Source: Chloroflexota bacterium
Lineage (GTDB): Bacteria > Chloroflexota > UBA11872 > VXOZ01
DNA length: 64,000 bases
Assembly (NCBI GenBank): GCA_963663275.1
Contig: OY760183.1
Location: forward strand, 480,001-544,000
Reading direction: 5' to 3'
Each line of letters begins with the position of its first letter. Positions within the stretch are counted from its first letter, which is position 1. Positions 10,921 to 21,431 of the stretch are shown in pieces. A model generated the notes under the pieces. It was not told where the DNA came from, did not search any database, and was given only the letters and a program-made list of their open reading frames with translations. The position numbers and the translations under genes are program-made.

Positions 10921-13527
10921 ATGCGCACGCTAATCGAAAACACCCGAACGTACGCCGCCTACGCCGCGGCCTTCATTCTCCTGGCGATCGTGTACGCCGT
11001 CAGTTTCGACGCCTTTGCCACGCTCGGCCAGGCCGCCTACGCCCTCGGCCACATTGTGGCGGCAGCCGCCGCGCTGGCAGCCGGCGGCGCGGCGTTGCGG
11101 CGCTTCCACGTGGCGCGGCGCGACTCCTTCCTGCTGCTCAGCGCCGGCCTGTGGGTAGCCGCCGCGCTGCATCTCGGCCACTTCGCGGCCACAGCCGGCC
11201 TCTTCGGCCCTGCCGGCTCCGCCGGCTCGCCGCTCGCGCTCGCCGCCGTGCAGCGGGGGGCGCTCCTGCCCACGCTCTTCTTCAGTCTCTTCCTGGGCTT
11301 GAGTCTGCTGGCCGGCAGGCAGAACCGCCCGTCCGCCGCGCAGCCGGCGGGCGTCTTCATGGCCGCCGGCACGCTTGCCTTCATCGCAACCGCCGCCGCA
11401 CTGGTCCTGCCCGTGCCGCCGCCGGACGGCGTGGCGTGGCTTCTGGGCCAGCCGGTCCCGCCGCTATTCGCCCAACCGGAACTCCTTTTGGCGGCCGCGC
11501 TCACAGTGGGCGGCATCATCGGCCTGCTGCGCGGCGGCAAATGGCGCGTGGAACCCATGGCCCGCTGGTCGCTGCTGGCGCTCATCGTCACGCTCGCCGC
11601 GCTGGCGCGCTTGCCGCTGCTTGCCGTCTGGCCGTCCGAGGCGCTGCTGCTGCTCGCGCAGGGCCTCATCGCGGCCAGCTACGGCTGCGTGATCGTTGGA
11701 GTCATCGCCAGCGTCATCACACACGCCGCCGGGCGCGCAACCGCAGCCGCCCCGGTGGCTGAAACAACCCGGCCGGCCCCGGCCGCCGCTCCCACAGAGA
11801 GCGCCCCGGCGGAGCGTCCCGCTCCCGCGCCGGTGGCCGCGCCGCTGGACCACCTCCAGGCCAGCCATCGCGCGCTGCGCAACGCCACCGACGGCTTGCT
11901 GCTGGGCGTGCGCGGCGACGGCACGCTGACCGATTGGAAGCCCGCCGCCGACTTTGGCCCCACGGCCATGCCCAGCGACCTGTTGGGCAAGAATCTCAGC
12001 GCCGCGCTGCCCGCCGATCAAGCCGAAGCAATCCTGGCGGCCGTCGGGCGCGTCCTGCTCGCGGGCAAGACCGAACGCCTGCAATACGCCTCCGCCGACG
12101 GCAGCGTGGCGCTGGGCGTCTCCATCACCGCCCACTCTGACGACGAGGCGCTGTGCGTCATTCACGACCGGACCGCCCAGGCGCGCGCGCTCCAGGAGTT
12201 GGATGCGCAGCGCCGCGCGGTGGAATCCCTGCGGCGGGTGATGGGAGATTGGCTCATCCGGCTGACGCGCGCCGGCACGATCCAAGACCTCCAACCGCCG
12301 GCCGCCCTGGAAAGCGCCATGTACGCCGACATGTTCGCCGGCAAGCGCCTGCAAGACCTCTTCCAGGGCGATGACGTGACCCCGCTGCTCGACGCGGCGG
12401 CAACCGCCCTGGATAGCGGCGCCGTACAGGAACTCGCATTCACGCGCCAGAGCGGCCAATCGTTGGCGGCGCGCGTCGCTCCCTGCGGCGAGGACACGGC
12501 GCTCTGCCTGCTGCGCGACGTTACGGCACTCGAGGAGATTACGGCGGAACTCCAGGAGAGCGAGGAGACGAACCAGGAACTGCGCGGGCGCCTGGAGCGG
12601 CTGACTGCCGAGCAAGCGACCACGCTCGAGGCCGCCGAGTTGTCGGCGCGCGCGCTGTGGACGCTCCTGCCCGATCTGGTGCTGCGCCTGCGCGCCGACG
12701 GCACGATACTGGAATGCAAACCCGCCGAGAGCTTTGGGCCGTCCGACGCACAGAGCATCCTAAACACCGCCATTGCGGATGTCTTGCCGGCCGACCTGGC
12801 GGCGCAGATCATGGCCGCGATCGAGCGCGCGCGGCACGACGGGCAACCGCAGCGGTTCACGTGCCAGCCGGTGGACGGCCAGGCGCTGGCGGGCGGCGTC
12901 GCCGCGCTGGCGGCGGACCAGTTCCTGTGCGTGGTGCGCGACCTGACCCAGCAGAAGCAGATGGAGACGGCCCTGGCCCAGCAGGCCGCGGTGCTGGCGC
13001 GGGAGATGCAGGCCAAGCTGGAGGCGGAGCACGTGCGCTCCCTGCGGGCGGAAAACGACGCGCTGCGCACACGCCTGCTGGACGTGGCGCGCGTTGCGCT
13101 GGAAAGCGGCCCCGACGCCGCGCCCACAGCCGACGGCGCGCCCGCGGACCCGACCGAGGCTACACCGGCGCAATCCGAAGCCGCGCCAAGCCCCCAGGCG
13201 GCTCCTCCCCCACCGCAAACCGAGCACGCGCCGCCGACACCGTCCGAGCCGCCCTTGCCGCCGGCCGCCGTCATGCCGAAGAATGCCGCCGCCGCGCCGG
13301 ACGCCGCGCCCGCACCCGCCGCGCTGGGAAACGGGGAACCTGCTCAGCCAGTCCCGGCGACCGGCAAGGACGGCGCTACGCCGCACAGAGCCGAAGAGAC
13401 GGCGCCCCGGGCCGCCACCAGCGTGGCCGCGCCGCGCGAAACGCCGCCGCACACGACGGCAAACGGACAGCATGAGCACGCCCCATCCACCAATGGCGAA
13501 CGGGCCGCGAAGGTTCGCCCCGACTAG
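10921..13527 (+). CDS. Membrane sensor-like protein: multi-TM (MASE-like) domain, three PAS-like repeats, coiled coils, Pro/Ala-rich tail
   Basis: Hydrophobic N-terminal ~270 aa; repeated D.ll.l..dGTI.d.kP...lgk.l.d.lP units; start may be 10894. Confidence 0.65.
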   Translation: MRTLIENTRTYAAYAAAFILLAIVYAVSFDAFATLGQAAYALGHIVAAAAALAAGGAALRRFHVARRDSFLLLSAGLWVAAALHLGHFAATAGLFGPAGSAGSPLALAAVQRGALLPTLFFSLFLGLSLLAGRQNRPSAAQPAGVFMAAGTLAFIATAAALVLPVPPPDGVAWLLGQPVPPLFAQPELLLAAALTVGGIIGLLRGGKWRVEPMARWSLLALIVTLAALARLPLLAVWPSEALLLLAQGLIAASYGCVIVGVIASVITHAAGRATAAAPVAETTRPAPAAAPTESAPAERPAPAPVAAPLDHLQASHRALRNATDGLLLGVRGDGTLTDWKPAADFGPTAMPSDLLGKNLSAALPADQAEAILAAVGRVLLAGKTERLQYASADGSVALGVSITAHSDDEALCVIHDRTAQARALQELDAQRRAVESLRRVMGDWLIRLTRAGTIQDLQPPAALESAMYADMFAGKRLQDLFQGDDVTPLLDAAATALDSGAVQELAFTRQSGQSLAARVAPCGEDTALCLLRDVTALEEITAELQESEETNQELRGRLERLTAEQATTLEAAELSARALWTLLPDLVLRLRADGTILECKPAESFGPSDAQSILNTAIADVLPADLAAQIMAAIERARHDGQPQRFTCQPVDGQALAGGVAALAADQFLCVVRDLTQQKQMETALAQQAAVLAREMQAKLEAEHVRSLRAENDALRTRLLDVARVALESGPDAAPTADGAPADPTEATPAQSEAAPSPQAAPPPPQTEHAPPTPSEPPLPPAAVMPKNAAAAPDAAPAPAALGNGEPAQPVPATGKDGATPHRAEETAPRAATSVAAPRETPPHTTANGQHEHAPSTNGERAAKVRPD

Positions 13528-13636
13528 CGCCCCACCGCTCTTGACGTGAGGGCGCTACGTCAGTGCACAATAGATTCGAGCAAGTACCACGTAGCGTAAG
13601 TGAGACGACCAGGATCCATCAGGAGGAGCGACGATC

Positions 13637-14581
13637 ATGCAACTGGCACTGCATTCGGTCAGCTATGCGGGCGTGTGGCCGGGACAAGAGCGGCTGGCGC
13701 TGGAGGAGTTCATTCCCCGCGCCGCGGCGCTTGGTTTCACCGGCGTGATGCTGGTCGCCAAGCGGCCCCATCTTTCCCTGCTGGACTATCCGGCGCACCA
13801 ACCGGAGAAGAGAGAGGCCCTGCGCGCGCTGCTGGCGGAACATGGCCTGAGCGTGCATTCGCTGGCCGGCTACAACGACTTTACCGTAGGCCCGGAGCGC
13901 CCCGACGTGCCGTTTTGGGAACACCAGATCGTCTATCTTGCCGAACTGGCGGCCCTGGCGCGAGACCTGGATTGTCCCGCCATTCGCGTCTTCACCGGCT
14001 ACGAGCGGCACGGCCTTTCCTACGACGCGGGTTGGACCAGCGTGGTCACCGGACTGCGCGAGGCGGCGCGGCTGGCGGCCGACTTCGGCGTGACCCTCAC
14101 GGTGCAGAACCATCACGACTTCGCCGTGGACTACGAGAGCATGTACCAACTGCTCGCCGAGGTGGACCACCCCAACTGCCAGGCGGCCTTCGACGCCTGG
14201 TCGCCCGCCGTGCAGGGCTTGCATGGTGAAGAACTGGCGGCCGCCGTGCGCCGCATGGCGCCCTTCATGGCCTACACCACGGTGGCCGACTACGTGGCCC
14301 TGCCCCGCTACCGCTACGAACCGGCGCTGGTGAACTACGTGGCCGAACCGGCGCGCATGTTGGCGGTGCCCATGGGCGAAGGCCTCATCGACTACGATAC
14401 CTTCTTCGAGACCCTCATCGAGACGGGCTACACCGGCACGGTGGCCTACGAAATGTGCTCCTCCCTGCGCGGCGGCGGCGGCCTGGACAACCTGGATACG
14501 TGCGCCCGGCAGTTCCAGGACTACATGGCGCCGTACGTAGAGCGGGCGCGCGCCGCTACCGGCGCGGCGGTAGCGGGTTAG
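13637..14581 (+). CDS. Sugar phosphate isomerase/epimerase (xylose isomerase-like TIM barrel)
   Basis: IRVFTG, QNHHD, PMGEGLIDY, GYTG.VAYE; RBS AGGAGG. Confidence 0.85.
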   Translation: MQLALHSVSYAGVWPGQERLALEEFIPRAAALGFTGVMLVAKRPHLSLLDYPAHQPEKREALRALLAEHGLSVHSLAGYNDFTVGPERPDVPFWEHQIVYLAELAALARDLDCPAIRVFTGYERHGLSYDAGWTSVVTGLREAARLAADFGVTLTVQNHHDFAVDYESMYQLLAEVDHPNCQAAFDAWSPAVQGLHGEELAAAVRRMAPFMAYTTVADYVALPRYRYEPALVNYVAEPARMLAVPMGEGLIDYDTFFETLIETGYTGTVAYEMCSSLRGGGGLDNLDTCARQFQDYMAPYVERARAATGAAVAG

Positions 14582-14589
14582 GCGCTGGC

Positions 14590-15351
14590 TTGTCACGTCC
14601 CTTTGCCGGCAAGACCGCTCTGGTTACCGGCGGAGCCTCGGGCATCGGCCGCGCCGCGGCCCTCGCTTTCGCGCGCGGCGGGGCGAGCGTGGTCGTCGCC
14701 GACGTGGATGAAGCGGGCGGCGAGGAAACCGCGCGCCTCATCGCAAATCTCGACGAGCGCGCCGCTTTCATAAAGACCGACGTGCGCGTTGCCGCCGACG
14801 TCGCAACGATGGTGGCGGTTGCCGTGAGCGCCTTTGGTCGTCTGGACGTCGCCTTGAACAACGCCGGCGTGCTCGGCAGCGGCGCGGCCATGATCGACTT
14901 CACGGAAGACGACTGGGACGACGTGATGGGCGTCAACCTCAAGGGCGTCTGGCTCTGCATGAAGCACGAAATACCGGCCATGCTGCAAACCGGCGGCGGC
15001 GCGATCGTCAACACGTCCTCGGTGGCGGGACTGGTCGGCAGCCAGCACAGCCCGGCCTACGCCGCCAGCAAGCACGGCGTGGTGGGCCTGACCAAGACGG
15101 CGGCGCTCCAGTACGCGCCCCACAACGTCCGCGTCAACTGCGTCTGCCCGGCCGCGGTCTACAGCCCCATGCTGGAAACCCTGGCGACGCGCAACCCCCA
15201 GGTGGGCGAACGGCTCCTGGCCTCCCAACCAAACGGCCGTTTCGCCAGCCCGGAGGAAGTGGCGGAGGTGGTGGTGTGGCTCTGCTCCGACGCCGCCTCG
15301 TTCGTCACCGGCACCGCCCTGCCCGTGGACGGCGGCTATACGGCGCAATAG
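14590..15351 (+). CDS. SDR family oxidoreductase
   Basis: TGGASGIG, NNAG, YAASK, VDGG; TTG start inferred. Confidence 0.93.
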   Translation: MSRPFAGKTALVTGGASGIGRAAALAFARGGASVVVADVDEAGGEETARLIANLDERAAFIKTDVRVAADVATMVAVAVSAFGRLDVALNNAGVLGSGAAMIDFTEDDWDDVMGVNLKGVWLCMKHEIPAMLQTGGGAIVNTSSVAGLVGSQHSPAYAASKHGVVGLTKTAALQYAPHNVRVNCVCPAAVYSPMLETLATRNPQVGERLLASQPNGRFASPEEVAEVVVWLCSDAASFVTGTALPVDGGYTAQ

Positions 15352-15360
15352 ACAATCCTA

Positions 15361-15955
15361 TCTCCGGTAGCGCAGGTTCGCACGGAACGTGCGCATAACC
15401 TGCGTCTTCCGTAGGGTCATTCCATTCCGCTCTCATTTCCCTTGTTCCGGCGGGGGACAAGCCCCCGCGCTACTTTGACGCAACAGCATTGGGCACAAGC
15501 CCCGATGACGTCGCATTAACTTCTGACTTAGGCAACCATGGCAAATCCGCGCTGCTAATGCGCTTGACCTCTCGTCACACGGTGTAGGGGCACGACATGT
15601 CGTGCCCCTACACCGTGTGACGAGCCGTTTAGAGGCTCATACTCGCGACTATCCACTTCAATGCGACAGCATTGGCGCTTGTCCCCCGCTTCCCGGCCTA
15701 CCTACCGTAGCGCGGGGGCTTGTCCCCAATGCTGTCGCATTAAACACAATGAGAGTGAAAACAACGCTCGTTTCTCCGGTAGCGCAGGTTTGTAACCTGC
15801 GTCTTCCGTAGGGTCAATCCATTTCGTTAGCATTTCTCTTATTCCGGCGGGGGACAAGCCCCCGCGCTACGTTAATGCGACAGTATTGGGGCTTGTCCCC
15901 CGCCTCCCGGCCTACCTACCGTAGCGCGGGGACTTGCCCCCCGCTTCCCGGCGCA
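15361..15955. repeat. BIME-like mosaic of several GTAG-type REP palindromes with an internal duplication
   Basis: GTAGCGCAGG..CCTGCG, GTAGCGCGGGGGCTTGTCCCC, GTAGGGGCACGACATGTCGTGCCCCTAC (15584-15611); 15361-15490 resembles 15773-15890. Confidence 0.8.
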
Positions 15956-15999
15956 ATGCCACACCACCATCGCGGACCCGCTATTTTACCGCCCCGGCC

Positions 16000-17427
16000 C
16001 TAATCCGAATGCCAGAGATTACCCCTAAACGGCGGAAACAGCGCGGCCAGCAGGGCTTGGGCCGTGGGCGTGGCCGTGCAATCGGGATGGCTCTCCACTA
16101 GCTGCGCGTACGTCCGGCGGCCGCCGAGCAATTGCAGGAACGTCAGATCGGCAAAGCTCGCGTCGCCGGACTCGTCAACCTTCAAGTCAACCGGGCGTAT
16201 CTCCCCAATGCGCCCCTGCTCGAAGTCGATGCGCAGGCCGCCGCGAAAGAAATTCAACGTGAGCGCGCCCGTGTAACCCTCCGCCGCCGTGCCGAGCAGG
16301 TTCTTCTCCAATGCCGGGCGCACGCGGCGCAGGAACGCGGCCAGGTCCGGCACGCGCAGATACCAGGCGTAGCCCGACTGCGACCGCGCCGCCGTGCTTG
16401 GCAACCCCGCGTACACGGGGTTCTCGCGTCCCAGCATGAAGTTGATCACGCCCGTCTTGCCCTCCTGGGGGCCGTCCGTAGTGCGGAGCGACTCCACGTA
16501 TCCAAACAGGCCGGACAAGAGTTCCGGCATGACGTTCAAGGGGCTCACGCCGGGAGCGAGCGCGCACTGGGTCACCACTAACAGCCACGGCTCCGCGGGC
16601 GCGACATCGCGGAGTTGGTGGTGCAGGATGAAGCCAACCGCACGCTCCTCCGCGTCCTCGATGATGAGCCAGTAGTCGCACACCGCGCTATCGGACGCGC
16701 GTCCCGTGAACTCCCACCGCCAGTGCGCGTCGGAACGGACGACGCTGTACGGCTGCCGTTTGGCGGCGTGGTCGTAGACGGAGCGCACGAAGGCGTGGTC
16801 GGCGTCGGCAAGCGGCCTGACGCGATACCGCGGCGCGGTCTCTGCCTTTGGCGGCGACACGCGCACCGTGCGGCCGTGGTAGAGATCGAGGGCGTATTCG
16901 TAGCCGAACTGCCGGTAGTACCACGGGATGCCGGTGATCGACTGCATCAGTTCGCCTTTGCTGGCGCTCAGCGCGTGGATCGCGTCCATTTGCGCGCGCA
17001 CCAAGCCGCGCCGCCGGTAGTCCGGGTCCGTGCCCACGTGCTCGACGCGCCCGCAGCCGAACGTGACGCCGCCGTACGACCAGGTCTGCGGGATCAGGCA
17101 GAGCGACGAGACGATCTTGCCCGTGCGCGTGTCTTCCACCAGCGTGAAGTCGCTTGCGCGCGTCGTCGGGTGCCGGCCCGACATCAGTTCACGCGCCCAA
17201 ACCGCATTGCCGTTGGCGGACGCGCCATATTCGCGCATGCGCTCGTTGAAGTCGGCCCAGGCGTCGAAGTCCTCCGGCACGGCAAAGCGCAAGCGCACGT
17301 TGCCGCCCAGGTCCAGGGGCGTATCGGGCAACGGCGGCGTTGTTTGAAATATCACGGGCAAGAATACCTCGCTGGCTGCCTGAAACGTTCGCGCCAATCG
17401 TACCACCGGCGCGGAGCAGCGCGCCAC
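16000..17427 (-). CDS. GNAT family N-acetyltransferase (Eis-like length); start uncertain
   Basis: VGTDPDYRRRGL acetyl-CoA motif, YYRQFGYE, SCP2-like C-terminus. Confidence 0.85.
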   Translation of the reverse strand: MARCSAPVVRLARTFQAASEVFLPVIFQTTPPLPDTPLDLGGNVRLRFAVPEDFDAWADFNERMREYGASANGNAVWARELMSGRHPTTRASDFTLVEDTRTGKIVSSLCLIPQTWSYGGVTFGCGRVEHVGTDPDYRRRGLVRAQMDAIHALSASKGELMQSITGIPWYYRQFGYEYALDLYHGRTVRVSPPKAETAPRYRVRPLADADHAFVRSVYDHAAKRQPYSVVRSDAHWRWEFTGRASDSAVCDYWLIIEDAEERAVGFILHHQLRDVAPAEPWLLVVTQCALAPGVSPLNVMPELLSGLFGYVESLRTTDGPQEGKTGVINFMLGRENPVYAGLPSTAARSQSGYAWYLRVPDLAAFLRRVRPALEKNLLGTAAEGYTGALTLNFFRGGLRIDFEQGRIGEIRPVDLKVDESGDASFADLTFLQLLGGRRTYAQLVESHPDCTATPTAQALLAALFPPFRGNLWHSD

Positions 17428-18126
17428 GCCGGGACGATTTAGGCCGCCCTGCCAACGGGGCGGCCTTCGTCGTTTGCGCTCCCCCGCGTCGCCGCTTCAT
17501 GCCTTGACACCTTCCCTTATCACTACCTATGGCTTCTTTGCGCATCTCATTGTTTTTGATGACGTACATATATGCTGTAACTGTCGGGCTATAGGGCAAC
17601 TATAGGTACGCTGCCGGGACGCTTGCCGCCCCCAGCGCGCCTTGGCGTCTAGCGCCCGGTTTGCACCGGGTGCGCGGTTTCGCACCAGACCCGCGGTTCG
17701 AGTCTCCCCCGCCCCGCCGCCGCAGGCCCGCACAAGGATCTCAATCACCCTGGATTCCCTACTGGGCCGCGCACCTTGAACCCATGTCATTCCGAACGCA
17801 GCGCAGCGGAGTGAGGAATCCAGGATTTCCCGCGCTCTAGATTCCTCGCTCCGCTCGGAATGACACACACTGTCAGCGCCCTCTCGCAGAACCGGCATCC
17901 GTCAACGAAATACTCAACACGTGCAGAATCCGCCAGCGAATGCCCTGACGCTTACAGGAATCACAGGCCGAAAGGCCCGACCGTTTGCGGATTCCAGGGC
18001 GGCGTGCTACGTTCTGAACAGAATCGCGGAAAGAATCTTCACGTGGGACAGCCGGCCGCGCGGGTGCGTCGTGGCGCTTCATCCACGCAAGCGCCCGTTG
18101 GCGGCCTTAAGGAGCGAATGCAGCGA

Positions 18127-19872
18127 ATGGCAGACTTTACCACACGCCCCGTCATCATGGGCACGCACGGCGTCGTCACCACGGGGCATTACCTGGCAAC
18201 CGAAATCGGCATGCGCGTGTTGAACGCCGGCGGCAACGCCATCGACGCCGGCGTGGCCGCGGGCTTTGCCCTCAACCTGCTCAAGCCCCACGCCAACGGC
18301 ATCGGCGGCGAGAGTCCCATCCTCATTCACCGCGCCGCCGCCGACGGGCCGCAGCCGGTTGCCGTCAACGGCCAGGGCAGCGCGCCCCAGCGGGCGACCA
18401 TCGAGTGGTTTCGCGCCCAGAACATCGACCTCATCCCCGGCGACGGCTTTCTGCCCGCCACCGTGCCGGGCGCGTTCGGCGCGTGGGTCACCTCGCTACT
18501 GCGGTTTGGCCGGTTGAGCCTGGCGGAAACGCTGGGGCCGGTGGTGGACTTGGCCCGCGACGGCTTTCCCATGTACCCGGAATTGCAGCGCGCGCTGCAA
18601 AACCACGGCGAGAAATTTCGTACGCGGTGGCCGACATCGGCAGAGGCGTTCCTGGACAATGGCGCCGCGCCGCCGGTCGGCGCCATCTGGCGGCAGCCCG
18701 ATTGGGCGCGCACCTTCCAGAAAGCCATCGACGCCGAACAGCGGGAACTACACCGGGGCCGTGAAGCCGCCCTGCGCGCCGCCCTCGACTACTTCTATCG
18801 CGGTGAGGTGGCGCAGAAAGCCGCGGCGTTCGTGTCCAACACGGAAGTCTTGGACGCCAACGGCCAGACCCACCGCGGCCTGCTGGCGGCGGAGGACTTT
18901 GCCGCCTTTCGCACCAAAGTCGAGCCTCCGGCCACCGTCAACTATCGCGGCCTGGACGTCTACAAGTGCGGTCCCTGGTGCCAAGGGCCGGTCTTCCTGC
19001 AGCAACTCACGCTGCTGGAACAATTCGACCTGGCCGCCATGGGACACAACACGCCGGATTACGTCCATACCGTGGTGGAGGCGGCCAAACTCGCCTTTGC
19101 CGACCGCGAGACCTACTACGGCGATCCGGCGTTCACCCACGTGCCCCTGGAGCGGCTGCTGGACAAGGCATACGCCGTGGAACGCGGCGCGCTCATCGAC
19201 CCGGCGGCGGCTTCCGCCGACTTGCGGCCCGGCGGCGTGCCGCCGACCACGCTGGAAAGACAAGCGGGCGATCCGGCGTTCTACGCTTTCGACACGACCC
19301 ACCTGGACGTTATCGACGCGGAAGGCAACATGTTCTCCGCCACGCCCAGCGGCGGCTGGATGATGTCCTCGCCGGTGGTGGAAGGGCTGGGCTTCCCCTT
19401 AGGCACCCGCGGCCAGATGTTCTCCCTGGACCCGGATCACCCCAACGCCCTCATGCCCGGCAAGCGGCCGCGCGCGACGCTGACCCCATCGCTGGTGATG
19501 AAAGACGGCAGGCCCCACATGGTCTTCGGCACGCCCGGCGGCGACATGCAGGACCAGTGGACGCTGCAATTCTTCCTGAACGTGGTGGACTTTGGCATGG
19601 ACTTGCAGGAGGCGATCGACGCGCCGACATTCCATACGATGCACTTCCCCAGTTCGTTCTACCCGCGCGCGGCCTATCCGAAACGGGTGGTGGTGGAAGG
19701 CCGGATTGCCGCGGAGACGCGCGCGGCGCTGGAATCCAGAGGCCATGAAATCATCGTCGGTGGAGATTGGGCGCACGGCCAGGTGACCGGCGTGCGCTTC
19801 GATCCCGATTCCGGCCTGATCGAAGGCGCGGCGTCGCCCAGGACAATGGCGCCCTACGCCATGGGCCGTTAG
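18127..19872 (+). CDS. ggt: Gamma-glutamyltransferase family protein
   Basis: GGNAIDA, KLAFADR, DTTH (Thr nucleophile), PGKRP..TL.P, GTPGGD.Q. Confidence 0.93.
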   Translation: MADFTTRPVIMGTHGVVTTGHYLATEIGMRVLNAGGNAIDAGVAAGFALNLLKPHANGIGGESPILIHRAAADGPQPVAVNGQGSAPQRATIEWFRAQNIDLIPGDGFLPATVPGAFGAWVTSLLRFGRLSLAETLGPVVDLARDGFPMYPELQRALQNHGEKFRTRWPTSAEAFLDNGAAPPVGAIWRQPDWARTFQKAIDAEQRELHRGREAALRAALDYFYRGEVAQKAAAFVSNTEVLDANGQTHRGLLAAEDFAAFRTKVEPPATVNYRGLDVYKCGPWCQGPVFLQQLTLLEQFDLAAMGHNTPDYVHTVVEAAKLAFADRETYYGDPAFTHVPLERLLDKAYAVERGALIDPAAASADLRPGGVPPTTLERQAGDPAFYAFDTTHLDVIDAEGNMFSATPSGGWMMSSPVVEGLGFPLGTRGQMFSLDPDHPNALMPGKRPRATLTPSLVMKDGRPHMVFGTPGGDMQDQWTLQFFLNVVDFGMDLQEAIDAPTFHTMHFPSSFYPRAAYPKRVVVEGRIAAETRAALESRGHEIIVGGDWAHGQVTGVRFDPDSGLIEGAASPRTMAPYAMGR

Positions 19873-19963
19873 CATCTGTCCCCTCTCCCGCTGGGAGAGG
19901 GTTAGGGTGAGGGTAAGAGATTTCATTGCCTGCACGTGGCGCTTGCAGCACAAGGAGGTTTTC

Positions 19964-21001
19964 GTGACGCCCAACTGGCCCGATTCTTTTCCCGACGCGG
20001 CGCTGGTTCCCCGTTTGCAGCAGTTGGTCTGGGGCAAGGCGACCACGCAGTGCCTCTTCGTCGCCGCCAAGCTGGGCATCGCCGATTTGCTTGCCGACGG
20101 CCCGCGCACCGTAGACGCGCTGGCGGCTGAGACCCAGACCAACGCCGAGGCGCTCTACCGCATCCTGCGCCTGCTGGCCAGTCTCGACGTATTCGTAGAA
20201 CGCGAACCCCGGCAGTTCGCGCTCACCCCCATGGCGGAGTTGCTCCAGGCGGACGCGCCCTGCTCCTTCCGCGACTACGCGATCGTGCACGGCAGCGAGT
20301 GGTACAACCGCGCTTGGGCGCATCTGCTCTACAGCGTCGAGACGAACCAACCGGCCTTCGACCACGCCTGCGGGCAGTCGCTCTTCGCTTTCATGGAAGA
20401 GCACCCGGCGGCGGCCACCGAATTCAACAACTCGATGACCGCGCTCTCCCGCTTCGAGGCCGCCGGCGTCTGCGCGGCCTACGACTTCACCGGCTGCGAG
20501 ACTGTGGTTGACGTAGGCGGCGGCCACGGCCGCCTGCTGGCCGCCATCCTTGACGCCTATCCCGCAATGCGCGGCATCCTCTTCGATCAACCGGCGGTGG
20601 TGGCGGCCGCCGGGCCGGAACTCGCCTCCTCGGACGTGGGCGCGCGCTGCCAGGTGGTTGGCGGCGACTTCTTTGCCGGCGTGCCCCCGGGCGGCGACCG
20701 CTACCTGCTCAAGCACATCATCCACGACTGGAACGATGAAAAGTCTGTGGCGATCTTGCGCAATTGCCGCCAGGCGATGAACCCGGACGGCAAGGTGCTG
20801 GTGGTGGAAGGCGTGATGCCCCCCGGCAACGCGCCCTCCAATAGCAAGCTGTGGGACGTGGTGATGCTGGCGCTGACCGACGGCGGACGCGAGCGCACGG
20901 CAGAGGAATACGCGGAACTCTTCGGCAAGGCGGGCCTGTCCCTGAGCCGGGTCGTGCCCACGAACGCCGTGGTGAGCATCGTGGAAGCAACGGCGGTCTA
21001 G
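19964..21001 (+). CDS. O-methyltransferase (dimerisation + SAM domain)
   Basis: VDVGGGHG, GDFF, LKHIIHDW, GGRERT; GTG start after AAGGAGG. Confidence 0.92.
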   Translation: MTPNWPDSFPDAALVPRLQQLVWGKATTQCLFVAAKLGIADLLADGPRTVDALAAETQTNAEALYRILRLLASLDVFVEREPRQFALTPMAELLQADAPCSFRDYAIVHGSEWYNRAWAHLLYSVETNQPAFDHACGQSLFAFMEEHPAAATEFNNSMTALSRFEAAGVCAAYDFTGCETVVDVGGGHGRLLAAILDAYPAMRGILFDQPAVVAAAGPELASSDVGARCQVVGGDFFAGVPPGGDRYLLKHIIHDWNDEKSVAILRNCRQAMNPDGKVLVVEGVMPPGNAPSNSKLWDVVMLALTDGGRERTAEEYAELFGKAGLSLSRVVPTNAVVSIVEATAV

Positions 21002-21431
21002 CGGTGTAGCGGATTTGCCTCGAAAGACTTCCCCTCACCCTAACCCTCTCCCCCAGGAGAGGGAACCGGAACCGCCCCCACACCACCGTAGCGCGGGGGC
21101 TTGTCCCCCGCCTCTTCGTTCCAAGGCGCGGGCACGCTTGGGTTGCCAGGCGCGCCATCTCAGGCGAAACGCTGTGCCCCGCACAGGGGCGTTTCCACAA
21201 TTGCGGGCCGCCTGCGCGCTTCACGTTTGTCGCGCTGCCAGTCAATTGATATGATGCGGTACAGGAAATTGGCACAGAAGGGGAAGGAGGCAAAGCGGCG
21301 CTCGCACTTTATTCGATAGATGTCCTGCCGGAACGGCGCGCGGCGCGCCGGCGCGCACAGTCGCGCGGCCCGACTGCGGGCGTCCGGCGGGAGTGATGCG
21401 TAGAGTGGTTCGTTCATAGAGGAGGGTAACG

